Assembly: GCA_016192135.1 (NCBI GenBank)
Contig: JACPUR010000014.1
Location: 10,909 to 74,908, forward strand
Origin: Candidatus Tectimicrobiota bacterium
GTDB lineage: Bacteria > UBA8248
Reading direction: 5' to 3'
DNA length: 64,000 nucleotides
Every line of letters begins with the position of its first letter. Within the stretch, counting starts at the first letter, position 1. The notes below the pieces were generated by a model. The model saw nothing but the letters and a program-made list of their open reading frames with translations. It was not told where the DNA came from and did no database searches. This document shows, in pieces, positions 1 to 9,093 of this stretch. The translations under genes and the position numbers were made by a program.

Positions 1-1
1 T

Positions 2-82
2 GCACGAGAAGGGCTGCCCCGCCAGCCAGAGCGTCCAGCGGGGCATCAAGGTCGAGTACAGCGCCGAGTTCGAGGAGGAGTA
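2..82 (+). CDS. 3' end of an upstream CDS (…HEKGCPASQSVQRGIKVEYSAEFEEE*), product unknown
   Basis: The frame is open from the window edge to TAG at 80-82. Almost all codons end in G/C, like the confirmed genes here. Confidence 0.4.
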
Positions 83-295
83 GGCGCGGCCGGCGATTCT
101 GGGACGGTCAAGTGAAACCGCCCTGGATGAGAGGAAGGAACAGGCTTAAATCTTGGACCCCCTCCCCCTCCGGGGGAGGGATGGGGTGGGGGAAGAATCC
201 CCCTCGCGGCTTCCCTCCCCCCTCGGGCCCATGCGGGCCCGACCTCCCGAAGGGAGGGGGAGAGGCCAAGGCAACAGCCAGTGTGCCATACGCCC

Positions 296-2116
296 CTACA
301 GGTCCCTGTTGGATGAAAGTCCCCTCTTCCCCAGCAGCGCCGCCCCGAGCAGGGCGAGGGCGAGCAGGCCTCCCCACATCCCTGCCTCGCCCGGGGTGCC
401 CACCAGGAGCGATCCCGCGAGGAACATTCCGGCGAAGACGGCCACGCTCAGGAGCGCCCATTCCGCCGCCAGGGGAAGAAGGGGCGTCCCGGCCTCGCCC
501 CGCCCCCGGGCCGGCCCCCAGGCCCCCGGCGGCCTCGCATCCCGGTAGAAGAGCCGGAGCACCTCCAGGGGGACGGGCCGGGTGAGATAGGTCGCGGCCA
601 GCATCGCCGCCGCCCCGGCCGTCACCTGGGCCGTCAGCAGCACCGGGAACGAGGGCGCCGCCCCGGCCCAGTGCAGCGCCGCCGTGGTGAGCCCCGCCGC
701 CGCCATCCCCGCCACCTCGGTCCACGCGTTCGCCCGCCACCACAGCCACCTGAGCAGCACCGGGAGCCCCAGCCCCGCGCCCATGGAGACGTTGAACTTC
801 CAGGCCCACTCGATGCTCCCGATCCGCGCCGCCACCGCGAGCGAGCCCAGCGTCATGGCGAGCACGGCCGCCCGGCTCGCCAGTATCACCTCCCGGCGGC
901 CGGCGCCGGGCCGGACGAAGCGGGCGTAGATGTCGTTGATGAGGTAGCTCGTCCCCCAGTTGAAGTGGGTGTCCACCGTGCTCATGAAGGCGCTGAGGAG
1001 CCCCGCCAGCGCGAGCCCCAGCAGGCCCGCCGGCAGCATCTCGCGCATGAGGAGGGCGTACGCCGCCTCCCGGTCGGCCACGATCCGGGCGGCCAGGCTC
1101 CCGGCGGGGGCTTCCATCCCCCGCGGGAAAAGCACGAGGCCCACCAGCCCGACGAGTATCCAGGGCCAGGGCCGGAGGACGTAGTTGGCCCAGGTGAACC
1201 AGAGCATCCCCCGGCGGGCGTCCCGGGGGCTGGCCGCCGCGACCAGGCGCTGGGCGATGTAGCCTCCCCCGTCCGCGTGGTGCTGGGCCCACCACACCAC
1301 GAAAAGATAGATGAGCAGCATCTGGGCCCCGGCCTCGGCGGGGGGAAAGAAGGAGAGTATCTCGCCCGCCCCCGCCTCGCCGTAGATCGAGCGCAGTTTT
1401 TCCGTCAGCCCCGAGAGCCCGCCCACCCTCCCCACCGCCAGCCAGGCGAAGAGGACGCTCCCCGCCATGGCGATCGCGAACTGGAAGAGGTCGGTGAGGA
1501 TCACCCCCCGCAGGCCCCCCGCGCTCGAGTAGAGCCCGATGAACAGCACGAGGGCCACGATGGTGAGCGTCTCGTTCAGCGAGCCGATGAGGAGCCACCC
1601 CGGCCAGGCCGCCTGGACGGCCGCCCAGGCGGGCGCGGGCAGGGCCTCCTCCCAGCGGAGGAAGGGGTCGGCGATCTTCCCCATCGCGCGGAACACCCAG
1701 CCCAGCACGATCAGGTTCACGACGAGGGAGGAGTAGACCGCCTTGAAGCCCCGCAGGAAGGTGCCGGGCCCCCGCCCGTAGCGGCGCTCGAGCAGCTCGG
1801 CGTCCGTCACCACCCCGAGCCGCCGCCACAGCGGGGAGAAGAAGACGGCCACCCCCACGTGCCCGATGGCCCACGACCACCAGAACCAGTTGCCCGAGAT
1901 GCCCTTCGTCGCCACCACCCCCGCGATGACGAGCGGGGTGTCCGAGGCGAAGGTGGTGGCCACCATGCTGGTGCCCACCCACCACCAGGGGAGGCTCCGG
2001 TCCGCCGCGAAGTAGGAGACGAGGCTCGCCGAGGCCCGGCGCGAGACCCACAGCCCCGCCCCCAGGGTGAAGGCGAGGTAGGCCAGGATGAGGAACCAAT
2101 CGAGCGGGGAGAGCAT
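296..2116 (-). CDS. sodium:solute symporter (SSS) family transporter
   Basis: 606-aa ORF with many hydrophobic segments. The N-terminus (FLILAYLAFTLGAGLWVSRR…YFAADRSLPWWWVGTSMVATTFASDTPL) is typical of the SSS family. Confidence 0.85.
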   Translation of the reverse strand: MLSPLDWFLILAYLAFTLGAGLWVSRRASASLVSYFAADRSLPWWWVGTSMVATTFASDTPLVIAGVVATKGISGNWFWWSWAIGHVGVAVFFSPLWRRLGVVTDAELLERRYGRGPGTFLRGFKAVYSSLVVNLIVLGWVFRAMGKIADPFLRWEEALPAPAWAAVQAAWPGWLLIGSLNETLTIVALVLFIGLYSSAGGLRGVILTDLFQFAIAMAGSVLFAWLAVGRVGGLSGLTEKLRSIYGEAGAGEILSFFPPAEAGAQMLLIYLFVVWWAQHHADGGGYIAQRLVAAASPRDARRGMLWFTWANYVLRPWPWILVGLVGLVLFPRGMEAPAGSLAARIVADREAAYALLMREMLPAGLLGLALAGLLSAFMSTVDTHFNWGTSYLINDIYARFVRPGAGRREVILASRAAVLAMTLGSLAVAARIGSIEWAWKFNVSMGAGLGLPVLLRWLWWRANAWTEVAGMAAAGLTTAALHWAGAAPSFPVLLTAQVTAGAAAMLAATYLTRPVPLEVLRLFYRDARPPGAWGPARGRGEAGTPLLPLAAEWALLSVAVFAGMFLAGSLLVGTPGEAGMWGGLLALALLGAALLGKRGLSSNRDL

Positions 2117-2254
2117 GGGGGCTCCGGGGGGGCGGGAGTCTCGGACGATTAAATGCTGGCAATCCTTTTGTTAACAAACAGCATTGCTTCACCCTCGCCT
2201 TAAAGGCTATATTTTTATTGGCTATTGAATTTCTCTAAATCAGGGACAAGGGCC

Positions 2255-2428
2255 ATGCCTAAAACAAAAATCTCAACGCCATACCCTTCCTTGGAAGCTG
2301 TCGCCCGCGAACTCGGCGTGGCCAAATCCAGAATCACAAAAATTGTCGACATGGTACGCAAGGTTCAGAAAAATGAGGCAGCCCGCGCTGTCCCTGCGGT
2401 GCGGACGGCCAAAAAAAGAAAAAAGTGA
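2255..2428 (+). CDS. small basic protein with a putative helix-turn-helix (…LEAVARELGVAKSRITKIVDMV…)
   Basis: Short ORF in a low-GC islet. I placed the ATG at 2255 inside the 2225-2428 ORF. It has an HTH-like segment and a Lys/Arg-rich tail, and sits 54 nt upstream of the next ORF on the same strand. Confidence 0.45.
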   Translation: MPKTKISTPYPSLEAVARELGVAKSRITKIVDMVRKVQKNEAARAVPAVRTAKKRKK

Positions 2429-2481
2429 TACCCGTGCTGTCCGTTTCTCTCTAAGGCAAGCCCTGACAGGTATCAACAATC

Positions 2482-3114
2482 ATGCCGCCTAAACGACAAG
2501 GGAAGCGGAAACCTGCGAATACCGTATTCTTAAACATCCCTTACGATAAGCGTTATGAGACTCTGTTCATAGCTTATATCGCCGGCTTGTGTGCATTTGG
2601 CCTAATCCCTCATGCGACACTGGAAATTCCAAGCAGCGACCGGCGGTTGGAGCGAATCTTCAAACTAATTCGCGGTTGCTCTTATTCTCTCCACGATCTC
2701 TCCCGCGTACAGTTGGATCGCAACTCGCCCCCGACACCCCGCTTCAACATGCCATTCGAGCTCGGCCTCGTCGTGGCGTGCGCAAAATTGGAATCGCGGT
2801 CCCATAAATGGTTCGTGTTCGAGGCACGGAGACACCGGCTGAACAAATCGCTGAGCGACCTCGACGGGACCGACCCCCACATTCACAACGGAAGGCCGGA
2901 AGACCTCCTGACTGCCCTGACCAATGTGTTCGTCCGTTCCAAGAATCACCCAACCATCCGGGAGCTTCGCCCCATATTCTCACTCCTAAGGAAAACATCG
3001 CAGATCATCAAAAAGGACAATTCGAATTCCCTGTTCGGAGCTCATGCTTTCCGTGATCTCGTTTTGGCGGCACAAGCCATCGCGCGGGAAAAATTGTCCT
3101 GGCTTAACCACTAA
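2482..3114 (+). CDS. hypothetical protein, possible TIR / nucleoside 2-deoxyribosyltransferase-like Rossmannoid domain
   Basis: 210-aa ORF in a low-GC islet. It has a beta-alpha start (VFLNIPYDKRYETLFIAYIAGL) and an …HDLSR…RFNMPFELGL motif resembling the D-x-G-x-x-F-E-x-G motif of NDT/TIR-like folds. The fold assignment is inferred, not searched. Confidence 0.55.
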   Translation: MPPKRQGKRKPANTVFLNIPYDKRYETLFIAYIAGLCAFGLIPHATLEIPSSDRRLERIFKLIRGCSYSLHDLSRVQLDRNSPPTPRFNMPFELGLVVACAKLESRSHKWFVFEARRHRLNKSLSDLDGTDPHIHNGRPEDLLTALTNVFVRSKNHPTIRELRPIFSLLRKTSQIIKKDNSNSLFGAHAFRDLVLAAQAIAREKLSWLNH

Positions 3115-3133
3115 CATTTCGTTCGTCGTCTTG

Positions 3134-3168
3134 TAAAAAAAGCGGCCCCGCATCCCTGCGGGGCCGCT
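3134..3168 (-). terminator. rho-independent terminator downstream of the Mo-subunit gene (may also stop the convergent + gene)
   Basis: Hairpin AGCGGCCCCGC-atccct-GCGGGGCCGCT (3141-3168), flanked by an A7 run that reads as a T-tract on the minus strand. Confidence 0.7.
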
Positions 3169-3190
3169 TCTGTGTCTGGCTACGAACGTG

Positions 3191-5470
3191 CTACCGCCCC
3201 TTGCCGTTGCCCCCTGCCTTCGAGGCCTTCGGGCTCTTCTTGAGCTTGCCCAGCACCTCGAGCACGTGGTCCGGGGTGATGGGGATGCGGGTGATGCGGG
3301 CGCCGATGGCGTGGCTCACGGCGCAGGCCACGGCGGCGGCCCCCGCCGTGCAGGGGGGCTCCCCGATGCCCTTCGCGCCGTAGGGCCCGAGGCCCTCCTG
3401 CGACTCCTCGATGACGTTCGCCCACTCGGGCGTCTCCACGGCGGTGGGGATGAGGTAGCCGTGGAACTCGTTGTTGGCGATGGCCCCCTTGCGGGTGACG
3501 ATCTCCTCCGAGAGGCCGTGGCCGATGCCCATCATGGTGCCGCCCTCGAACTGCCCCTCCACGTGCTGGACGTTGATGGCCTGGCCCACGTCGTGGCCCG
3601 ACACGTAGCGCAGGAGCCGCACCTCGCCCGTCTCCACGTTCACCTCGACCTCGGCGCCGTGGACGCCGAAGGTGTAGTCCATCCAGCCGCCCGCGTCGCC
3701 GTACTTCTCGTGGCCCTCGAAGCGGTGGTCGCCGATCTTCATCTTGCCGGTGTGGAACATGTCGAGGCCCATGGAGCGGCACTTCTTGACCGCCTGGGCA
3801 ACGGTGACGCCCCTCTCCTCGGCGGATTTGACGAAGATGCGGCCGCCGCGGATGTCGAGATCCTCGGGGCTCACCTCGAGGAGCTCGCCCGCGCCCTTCA
3901 GGAGGCGGCTCCGGAGCTCGAGGCCGGTGCGGTGGGTGGCCCCGCCCGAGATGAGGGTCTGCCGGCTCCCGGCCGTGATGCCCACCAGGGGGGTGACGTG
4001 GGAGTCCGACATCACCACTGTCACCTTCTCCCACGGAATGCCCAGCACCTCGGAGGCGATCTGGCGGTAGGCGTGGGTCTGGCCCGCGCCCACGTCGGAG
4101 GCGCCGACGCGCAGGTTCACGCTGCCGTCGTCCTCGAGGGAGGCGTAGACCTCGCCCTCGTTGCGGGGGCGGCCGTAGCCCCCCATGTTGCCGATGAGGC
4201 TCCGCCCCCGGCGCCAGGGGCCGCGGTCCTTCTCCGGCACCCGGCCCGCCGGCCCGCCCAGGGCGGCGATGGCCTTCTCCAGCAGCTCGGGCAGCATGAC
4301 GCGGCTGGGCAAGGGCTGCTTCTGCATGAGAGTGCCGCCCTTCTTGATGAAGTTGCGGCGGCGGAACTCGACGGGGTCCATGCCGAGGCGCTTCGCCAGC
4401 TCGTCCATCTGGGACTCGTAGGCGAAGCAGACCTGGTTGGCCCCAACCCCGCGCATGGCCTCGGTGAAGGGGTTGTTCGTGAGGACGGCCCGCGCCCGGC
4501 CCCGGGCGTTCGGGATCTCGTAGGGCCCCCCGCTGATGCAGAGCGCCCCCATCACGAGGCCCTTGCTGTTCGAGGCGTAGCCCCCGGCGTCGGCCAGGAT
4601 GTCCACCTCGACCGCCGCGAGCTTGCCGTCCCGGGTGGCCGCCGTCTTGTAGCGCATGAGGAAGGGGTGGCGCTTGCTCCCCGTGTTCACGCTCTCCTCG
4701 CGCGAGTAGGCCATGCGCACGGGCCGGCCCGTCCTCATGGCGAGGAGGGCGAGGAAGGCGCCCAGCAGGGGGTGCTCCTTCCCGCCGAAGGCGCCGCCCA
4801 GCATGGGGCACTCGTAGCGCACCCGGCTGGCCGGGAGGCCGAGGATGGAGGCCACCTTCTGGTAGTTCTCGATGGTCTGGGTGGGCACGCGGACGTTCAC
4901 CACCCCGCGCTCGTCCACCCAGGCCACGCCCCCCTCGGGCTCGATGTAGGCGTGATCGAGGCAGGCCGAGAAGTAGACGTTCTCGACCGTCACCACGTCC
5001 GGCCGGGCGAAGGCGGCGTCCACGTCGCCTTTCTCGGTGTTCCAGTCGCAGATGATCTCGCCCTCGGGCTTCATGAAGTCGTAGGCGCCCGGCAGGGGCT
5101 CGTAGGCGACGTGCACGAGCGAGGCGGCCTCCGCCGCCAGGTCGCGCGACTCGGCCGCCACGATGGCGACGGCGTCCCCGATGTCGCGCACCACGTCCTC
5201 GGCCATGACGGGGTAGTCCGCGTAGCGCCCGGCGTTCACCCCCGGGATGTCCTTGGCCGTCAGGACGCAGTGGACGCCCGGGAGCGCCAGGGCGCGCGAG
5301 GCGTCGATCTTCTTGATCCGGGCCGGGGTCATGGCCGCCCGGACCACCCGGGCGTGGAGCTCGCCGGGGAGGTGGAAATCGTCTCCGTACAAGGTATCCC
5401 CCACCGCCTTGGCGAGGGCGTCCGCCTTGGTGGGCGAGGTTCCGACTACGTTCATTCGGGGCATGCGCAC
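3191..5470 (-). CDS. xanthine dehydrogenase / aldehyde oxidase family molybdopterin-binding subunit
   Basis: 759-aa ORF. N-terminus VGTSPTKADALAKAVGDTLYGDD…ARVVRAAMTPARIKKID…ALPGVHCVLTAKDIPG and the C-terminal GAKGIGEPP motif are typical of the CoxL/XdhB-type large subunit. Confidence 0.9.
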   Translation of the reverse strand: MRMPRMNVVGTSPTKADALAKAVGDTLYGDDFHLPGELHARVVRAAMTPARIKKIDASRALALPGVHCVLTAKDIPGVNAGRYADYPVMAEDVVRDIGDAVAIVAAESRDLAAEAASLVHVAYEPLPGAYDFMKPEGEIICDWNTEKGDVDAAFARPDVVTVENVYFSACLDHAYIEPEGGVAWVDERGVVNVRVPTQTIENYQKVASILGLPASRVRYECPMLGGAFGGKEHPLLGAFLALLAMRTGRPVRMAYSREESVNTGSKRHPFLMRYKTAATRDGKLAAVEVDILADAGGYASNSKGLVMGALCISGGPYEIPNARGRARAVLTNNPFTEAMRGVGANQVCFAYESQMDELAKRLGMDPVEFRRRNFIKKGGTLMQKQPLPSRVMLPELLEKAIAALGGPAGRVPEKDRGPWRRGRSLIGNMGGYGRPRNEGEVYASLEDDGSVNLRVGASDVGAGQTHAYRQIASEVLGIPWEKVTVVMSDSHVTPLVGITAGSRQTLISGGATHRTGLELRSRLLKGAGELLEVSPEDLDIRGGRIFVKSAEERGVTVAQAVKKCRSMGLDMFHTGKMKIGDHRFEGHEKYGDAGGWMDYTFGVHGAEVEVNVETGEVRLLRYVSGHDVGQAINVQHVEGQFEGGTMMGIGHGLSEEIVTRKGAIANNEFHGYLIPTAVETPEWANVIEESQEGLGPYGAKGIGEPPCTAGAAAVACAVSHAIGARITRIPITPDHVLEVLGKLKKSPKASKAGGNGKGR

Positions 5471-5559
5471 CTCAAGAGCGGCAGGTGAATGAGCCGCGGC
5501 AAGGGCATCCGGCGCCGGCCGGAGGGAGCCGCCCCTCCGGCCATTCTACGCGCTCAAGC

Positions 5560-6558
5560 TTATTTGCGCAGGGCCGCGACGTCCACGGCGCGGCCCGTCC
5601 GCGCGCTCTCGATGACCGCCTCCAGCACCGCGACCACCTGGAGCCCGGCGTGGCCGTCCGTCTCGGGCTTGGCCTTGCCGCGGATGCACTGGGCGAACTC
5701 GGCCAGCTCGAGGGCCAGGGCGTCGCCCGCCTGGTTCGGGAGCTCCCGGCGGACGTCCTCGCCCTTCTTCTGGAAGTAGAGCTTGGCGCCGTCCTCGTCG
5801 CTCCAGGCGCTGGCCTCGGTGCCGTAGGCGGCGGTGTAGCAGATCTTGGGGAGGACATAGCCCGTCCCGATGTAGCCGAGGGGGCCGCTCTCGAACTCCA
5901 GGATGATGCTCGTCACGTCGTCGAGCTGGCTCTTGCCGAGCAGGCGCTTGCTGAAGGCGGAGAGGCGCTTCACGGGGCCGGCGAGGTAGATGAGGTTGTC
6001 CACCATGTGGACGCCCAGGCCCGTCATGGAGCCGGCGGGCGACTCGCCCGGCTCGGAGCGCCAGCCGGGCCGCGGCGTCTGCCCGCCGAACATGGACAGG
6101 TTCGCCTCGAGCTGGTGGAGCATGCCGAGCTCCCGCTTTTCGACCATCTCCTTGATGCGGCGGGTGGCCCCGAGGCGGCGGCGGTGGTGCCCGACCAGGA
6201 GGGTCACACCCGCCTTCTCGCAGGCCTCGATGGCGCGCCGGGCGTCCTTCACGGTGAGGGTGAGGGGCTTCTCGACGAAGACGTGCTTGCCCGCCGAGGC
6301 CGCCTGCTCGATCATGGTGACATGCGTCGAATGCGGGGTGGCGAGGACGATGCCCTGGATCGAGGGGTCCTTGAGTATCTCCTCGAAGCTCCCCGCCTGG
6401 GGGCAGCCGGCCTTCCCGGCGAAGGCCTTGCGGGCGTCCGCACCCCGGGCGAAGCACGATACGATCTCGCCCTCCCCGCTCCGCTTCACCGCCTCGGCCA
6501 GCATCGCGCCCCACCAGCCCAGCCCCACCGAGGCCAGGCGCACCTTATCCGCAGCCAT
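5560..6558 (-). CDS. Gfo/Idh/MocA family NAD(P)-dependent oxidoreductase
   Basis: VRLASVGLGWWG Rossmann start and family-typical length. ATG at 6558 chosen because of the GGAGAAG RBS; the ORF track extends to 6624. Confidence 0.85.
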   Translation of the reverse strand: MAADKVRLASVGLGWWGAMLAEAVKRSGEGEIVSCFARGADARKAFAGKAGCPQAGSFEEILKDPSIQGIVLATPHSTHVTMIEQAASAGKHVFVEKPLTLTVKDARRAIEACEKAGVTLLVGHHRRRLGATRRIKEMVEKRELGMLHQLEANLSMFGGQTPRPGWRSEPGESPAGSMTGLGVHMVDNLIYLAGPVKRLSAFSKRLLGKSQLDDVTSIILEFESGPLGYIGTGYVLPKICYTAAYGTEASAWSDEDGAKLYFQKKGEDVRRELPNQAGDALALELAEFAQCIRGKAKPETDGHAGLQVVAVLEAVIESARTGRAVDVAALRK

Positions 6559-6903
6559 TTCTTCTCCTTTTTCCCATTTGCCTGGAGCCGGCAGGGCCGG
6601 CGGATACGTCGAGCGCTCCAACATAAAGCATGGGGGGGCCGTCCCGCAAAGGCCCCGCCGGACATAAAAAAGCTTCCCCTCCCGTCGCCGGGAGAGGAAG
6701 CCGTAAGCAAGAGGGTGGTGCCCGATGAATTATGAGTGCGTGGCGGAGGAGAGCCGACCCGATCGACTACTCCATCCGCCTGCCAATCGAGACGTGCCGC
6801 CTAAGAACGCCTCGACCAGCATAGTTCTATAAAGCAAGCGGTGTGCCATTTCGGATTCCTATATAAACCATTGATTTCACTGTCCGTAACTTTTCGGATA
6901 GCC

Positions 6904-6918
6904 TTGGCAAATTGCCAA
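6904..6918. promoter_or_regulatory. palindrome TTGGCA-N3-TGCCAA upstream of the cupin gene (candidate operator)
   Basis: Perfect 6+6 inverted repeat in an AT-rich leader, 67 nt before ATG 6985. Confidence 0.25.
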
Positions 6919-6984
6919 TTTGTCAGGCTTCGCCGATGCGGCTTCGGACAAATCGTCATTCTGCCCCGGATATAGGAGAGCCCG

Positions 6985-7335
6985 ATGCAAATCTTCCACT
7001 GGGACAGCGTCCCCAGCCATCCGGTTCGTCCCGGAGTAAGCCGTAAGGTGTTCACCGGTGAGGGCGCCATGCTTCTCATCACCGAGTTCGGGCCCGGCTC
7101 GACCGAATCGCCCCACACCCACCCTTTCGAGCAGCTCGTCTTCGTCCTGGAGGGGGACGTGGAGTTCACCCTCGGCGGGGAGAAGCGCGCCGTGCCGGCC
7201 GGCTCGGTCTTCCGCATCCCGCCCGGCACCCCGCACGGCGCCAGCGCCCTCGGCGGCAAGCGCTGCCGCGTCCTCGCCGTCTACGGCCCCCCGCGGGAGG
7301 ACGTGCTGAAATATTGCGATTACCAGAAGGAGTGA
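6985..7335 (+). CDS. cupin domain protein
   Basis: 116 aa with the two-motif cupin signature (…GSTESPHTHPFEQLVFVLEGDVEF… and …GSVFRIPPGTPHGASA…). Confidence 0.8.
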   Translation: MQIFHWDSVPSHPVRPGVSRKVFTGEGAMLLITEFGPGSTESPHTHPFEQLVFVLEGDVEFTLGGEKRAVPAGSVFRIPPGTPHGASALGGKRCRVLAVYGPPREDVLKYCDYQKE

Positions 7336-7339
7336 GGGC

Positions 7340-7795
7340 CATCACGCGAAAACTTTCCATCCCCCGGCACCGTTCGATGGTGGCCACCATGCCACCGTTC
7401 GACCCCTCCCCTCCGCCCCTCCCCTTATCAAGGGGAGGGGATGGGGGTGGGGTGGTTTGCGGGAGTTGCCGCTTTTTCAAGGGGCGGCCGGCCGCCCCTA
7501 CGGACAATTCACGCCCCGATCATCTTCTTCCTCAGTCCCCTACCTCCGCCTCGGCAGGCCCGAAAGCATCCGTTGCCTTCGGCGGGGCGGCGATCTCCCT
7601 CCCCCTTTCGGGGGGAGGGCCGGGGAGGCCCCAAGGGCCGGTGGGGTAAAGTGTCACCCATGTACCCGGTCTGATGTGTTACCCATGTAGCCGGTTGCAC
7701 AGAGCGCAGCCCGGTGATCTCCCCTCCCCCTCCCCCCTCCCGGAGGGAGGGGGGAAAACGAACCGGGCGGATGGATGGCGCATCGCAGCCCCTCC
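7340..7795. repeat. composite intergenic repeat block (families A, C and D plus a 34-nt direct repeat)
   Basis: Contains CCCCTCCCC…GGGGAGGGGATGGGGGTGGGG units; GGGGCGGCCGGCCGCCCCTACGGACAATTC; two GTNACCCATGTRNCCGGT units at about 7651-7700; and CCTACCTCCGCCTCGGCAGGCCCGAAAGC at about 7541 and about 7795. Confidence 0.6.
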
Positions 7796-8356
7796 CTACC
7801 TCCGCCTCGGCAGGCCCGAAAGCGCCTCCTGGATGGCGGCCTTCATCTCGTCCCCCTGGTGGATCAAGGTCGAGGCGGAGGCCTCGGCCGACCACAGGCG
7901 CTCCCCCTCCGTGCTCCACAGGGTGAGGGAGACCCGGGCGGTGCACGCGTCGACGCTCTCGCACCGGGCGTCCCCCCGGGCGGCGAGCATCGCCGGATGC
8001 CCCCCCTCCCGCAGGCGCCCGAGCAGCGCCTTCGAGGGCATCACGGGCGGGGCCTCCTCCCCGCCCGGCCAGGGGAGGGGCTCGTAGCCGCGCGCCGCCA
8101 GGGCCTCCTCGACGAGAAAGGTGGCCTCGATCCGGTCCACCTTGCTCCCCGGAGGAGCGGGCACGCCCGCCTTTCGGTAGATGTCGCGGAAGTACCCCGT
8201 CCAGTCGTAGGGATAGGCGAAAGGCGCCACCGCCACCCGCCGCACACCCTCCAGCTCGCCCGAGTTGAACACCTCGGCCTGGCCGCTCAATTGATAGCCG
8301 CAGCCCGCGCACCAGAGCAGGAGGGCCGCCAGGAGGGGCGCGGGCCGCTTCCTCAT
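7796..8356 (-). CDS. putative lipoprotein
   Basis: MRKRPAPLLAALLLWCAGCGY signal peptide with lipobox. Its ATG overlaps the stop of the upstream gene (ATGA). Confidence 0.6.
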   Translation of the reverse strand: MRKRPAPLLAALLLWCAGCGYQLSGQAEVFNSGELEGVRRVAVAPFAYPYDWTGYFRDIYRKAGVPAPPGSKVDRIEATFLVEEALAARGYEPLPWPGGEEAPPVMPSKALLGRLREGGHPAMLAARGDARCESVDACTARVSLTLWSTEGERLWSAEASASTLIHQGDEMKAAIQEALSGLPRRR

Positions 8357-9093
8357 CCGAACATCCCCCCGCGCCCCAGGAGCAGCCCGAGGCCCGCCAG
8401 CAGCTCTCTCCCGGCCCAGGCGTAGGCCCCGGCCAGCCGGCCGGGGAGGCTCCACGCGAAGGCGGCGAACGCCCCCGCGCCCCCCGCCGCCGCGAGCGCC
8501 GTCCCGCCCGCGAAGAACCCGCCCGCGAAGGCGATCACCGTCCACGAGAAGAAGCGCCCGCCGCGGGCGATGTCGGGCTGGGCCGAGCGCAGCACCCGCA
8601 GGGTCATCGTCAAGTGGAAGCTCAAGGCGAGGCCCACCGCGAAGGCCGTGGCCCGGTCCACCCAGGGCGACCCGGCCACGCGCCCCGCCAGGGCGCCCGC
8701 GGCCAGCGCCAGCGCGGCCAGCAGCGGGAAAAAGTACGGCGCCAGGGTGATGAGGAAGTTCGTCCCGCTCAGGGCCACCTTCCCGTCCGCGCGGGAGACC
8801 TCGAAGCGGCTCACCTTCTTCCCCATGAGAAGGGCGAAGGCCAAGTGGGTGAACTCGTGCGCGAAGGTGTAGAGGAACTCGGGCGGCCGCAGGCGGTGCC
8901 AGGCGAGGTAGGCGAGCGCCCCGGCGAGGAAGGCCCAGCCCCCGGGGGAGAGGAGGAAGCCCGGCTCCCCGCCTCCCCGGTGGAGGAAGGCCCCGGGCGC
9001 CGCCGCCGCGAGCGCCTCCGCCAGCGCCCAACAGGCGGGCAGGAGCAGGAGGCCCCCCATCCACGCGAGGGGCCGGAGCAGGATCTTCCTCAT
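8353..9093 (-). CDS. membrane metalloprotease-like protein (HExxH; peptidase M50B-like)
   Basis: 246 aa with multiple TM segments and an FAHEFTHLAFALLMGKKV…GKVAL motif. The ORF track frame 8353-9735 is trimmed to ATG 9093. Confidence 0.6.
   Translation of the reverse strand: MRKILLRPLAWMGGLLLLPACWALAEALAAAAPGAFLHRGGGEPGFLLSPGGWAFLAGALAYLAWHRLRPPEFLYTFAHEFTHLAFALLMGKKVSRFEVSRADGKVALSGTNFLITLAPYFFPLLAALALAAGALAGRVAGSPWVDRATAFAVGLALSFHLTMTLRVLRSAQPDIARGGRFFSWTVIAFAGGFFAGGTALAAAGGAGAFAAFAWSLPGRLAGAYAWAGRELLAGLGLLLGRGGMFG

Noticed and set aside
2157-2172. A sigma-54-like promoter TGGCAA-N5-TTGT upstream of the small HTH gene.
   Set aside because: The -12 element reads TTGT instead of TTGC, and no enhancer-binding protein or UAS is visible. 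The evidence is too weak to call.
108-2192. Very long ORFs antisense to or out of frame with real genes (for example 108-2192 minus, 3188-5488 plus, 20454-22454 plus, 33443-35353 minus, 36708-38387 minus and 56969-59959 minus).
   Set aside because: Their translations are Arg/Pro/Gly/Ala-rich low-complexity strings with no family motifs. Each overlaps an ORF with a clear protein-family signature. Such shadow ORFs are expected in very GC-rich DNA.
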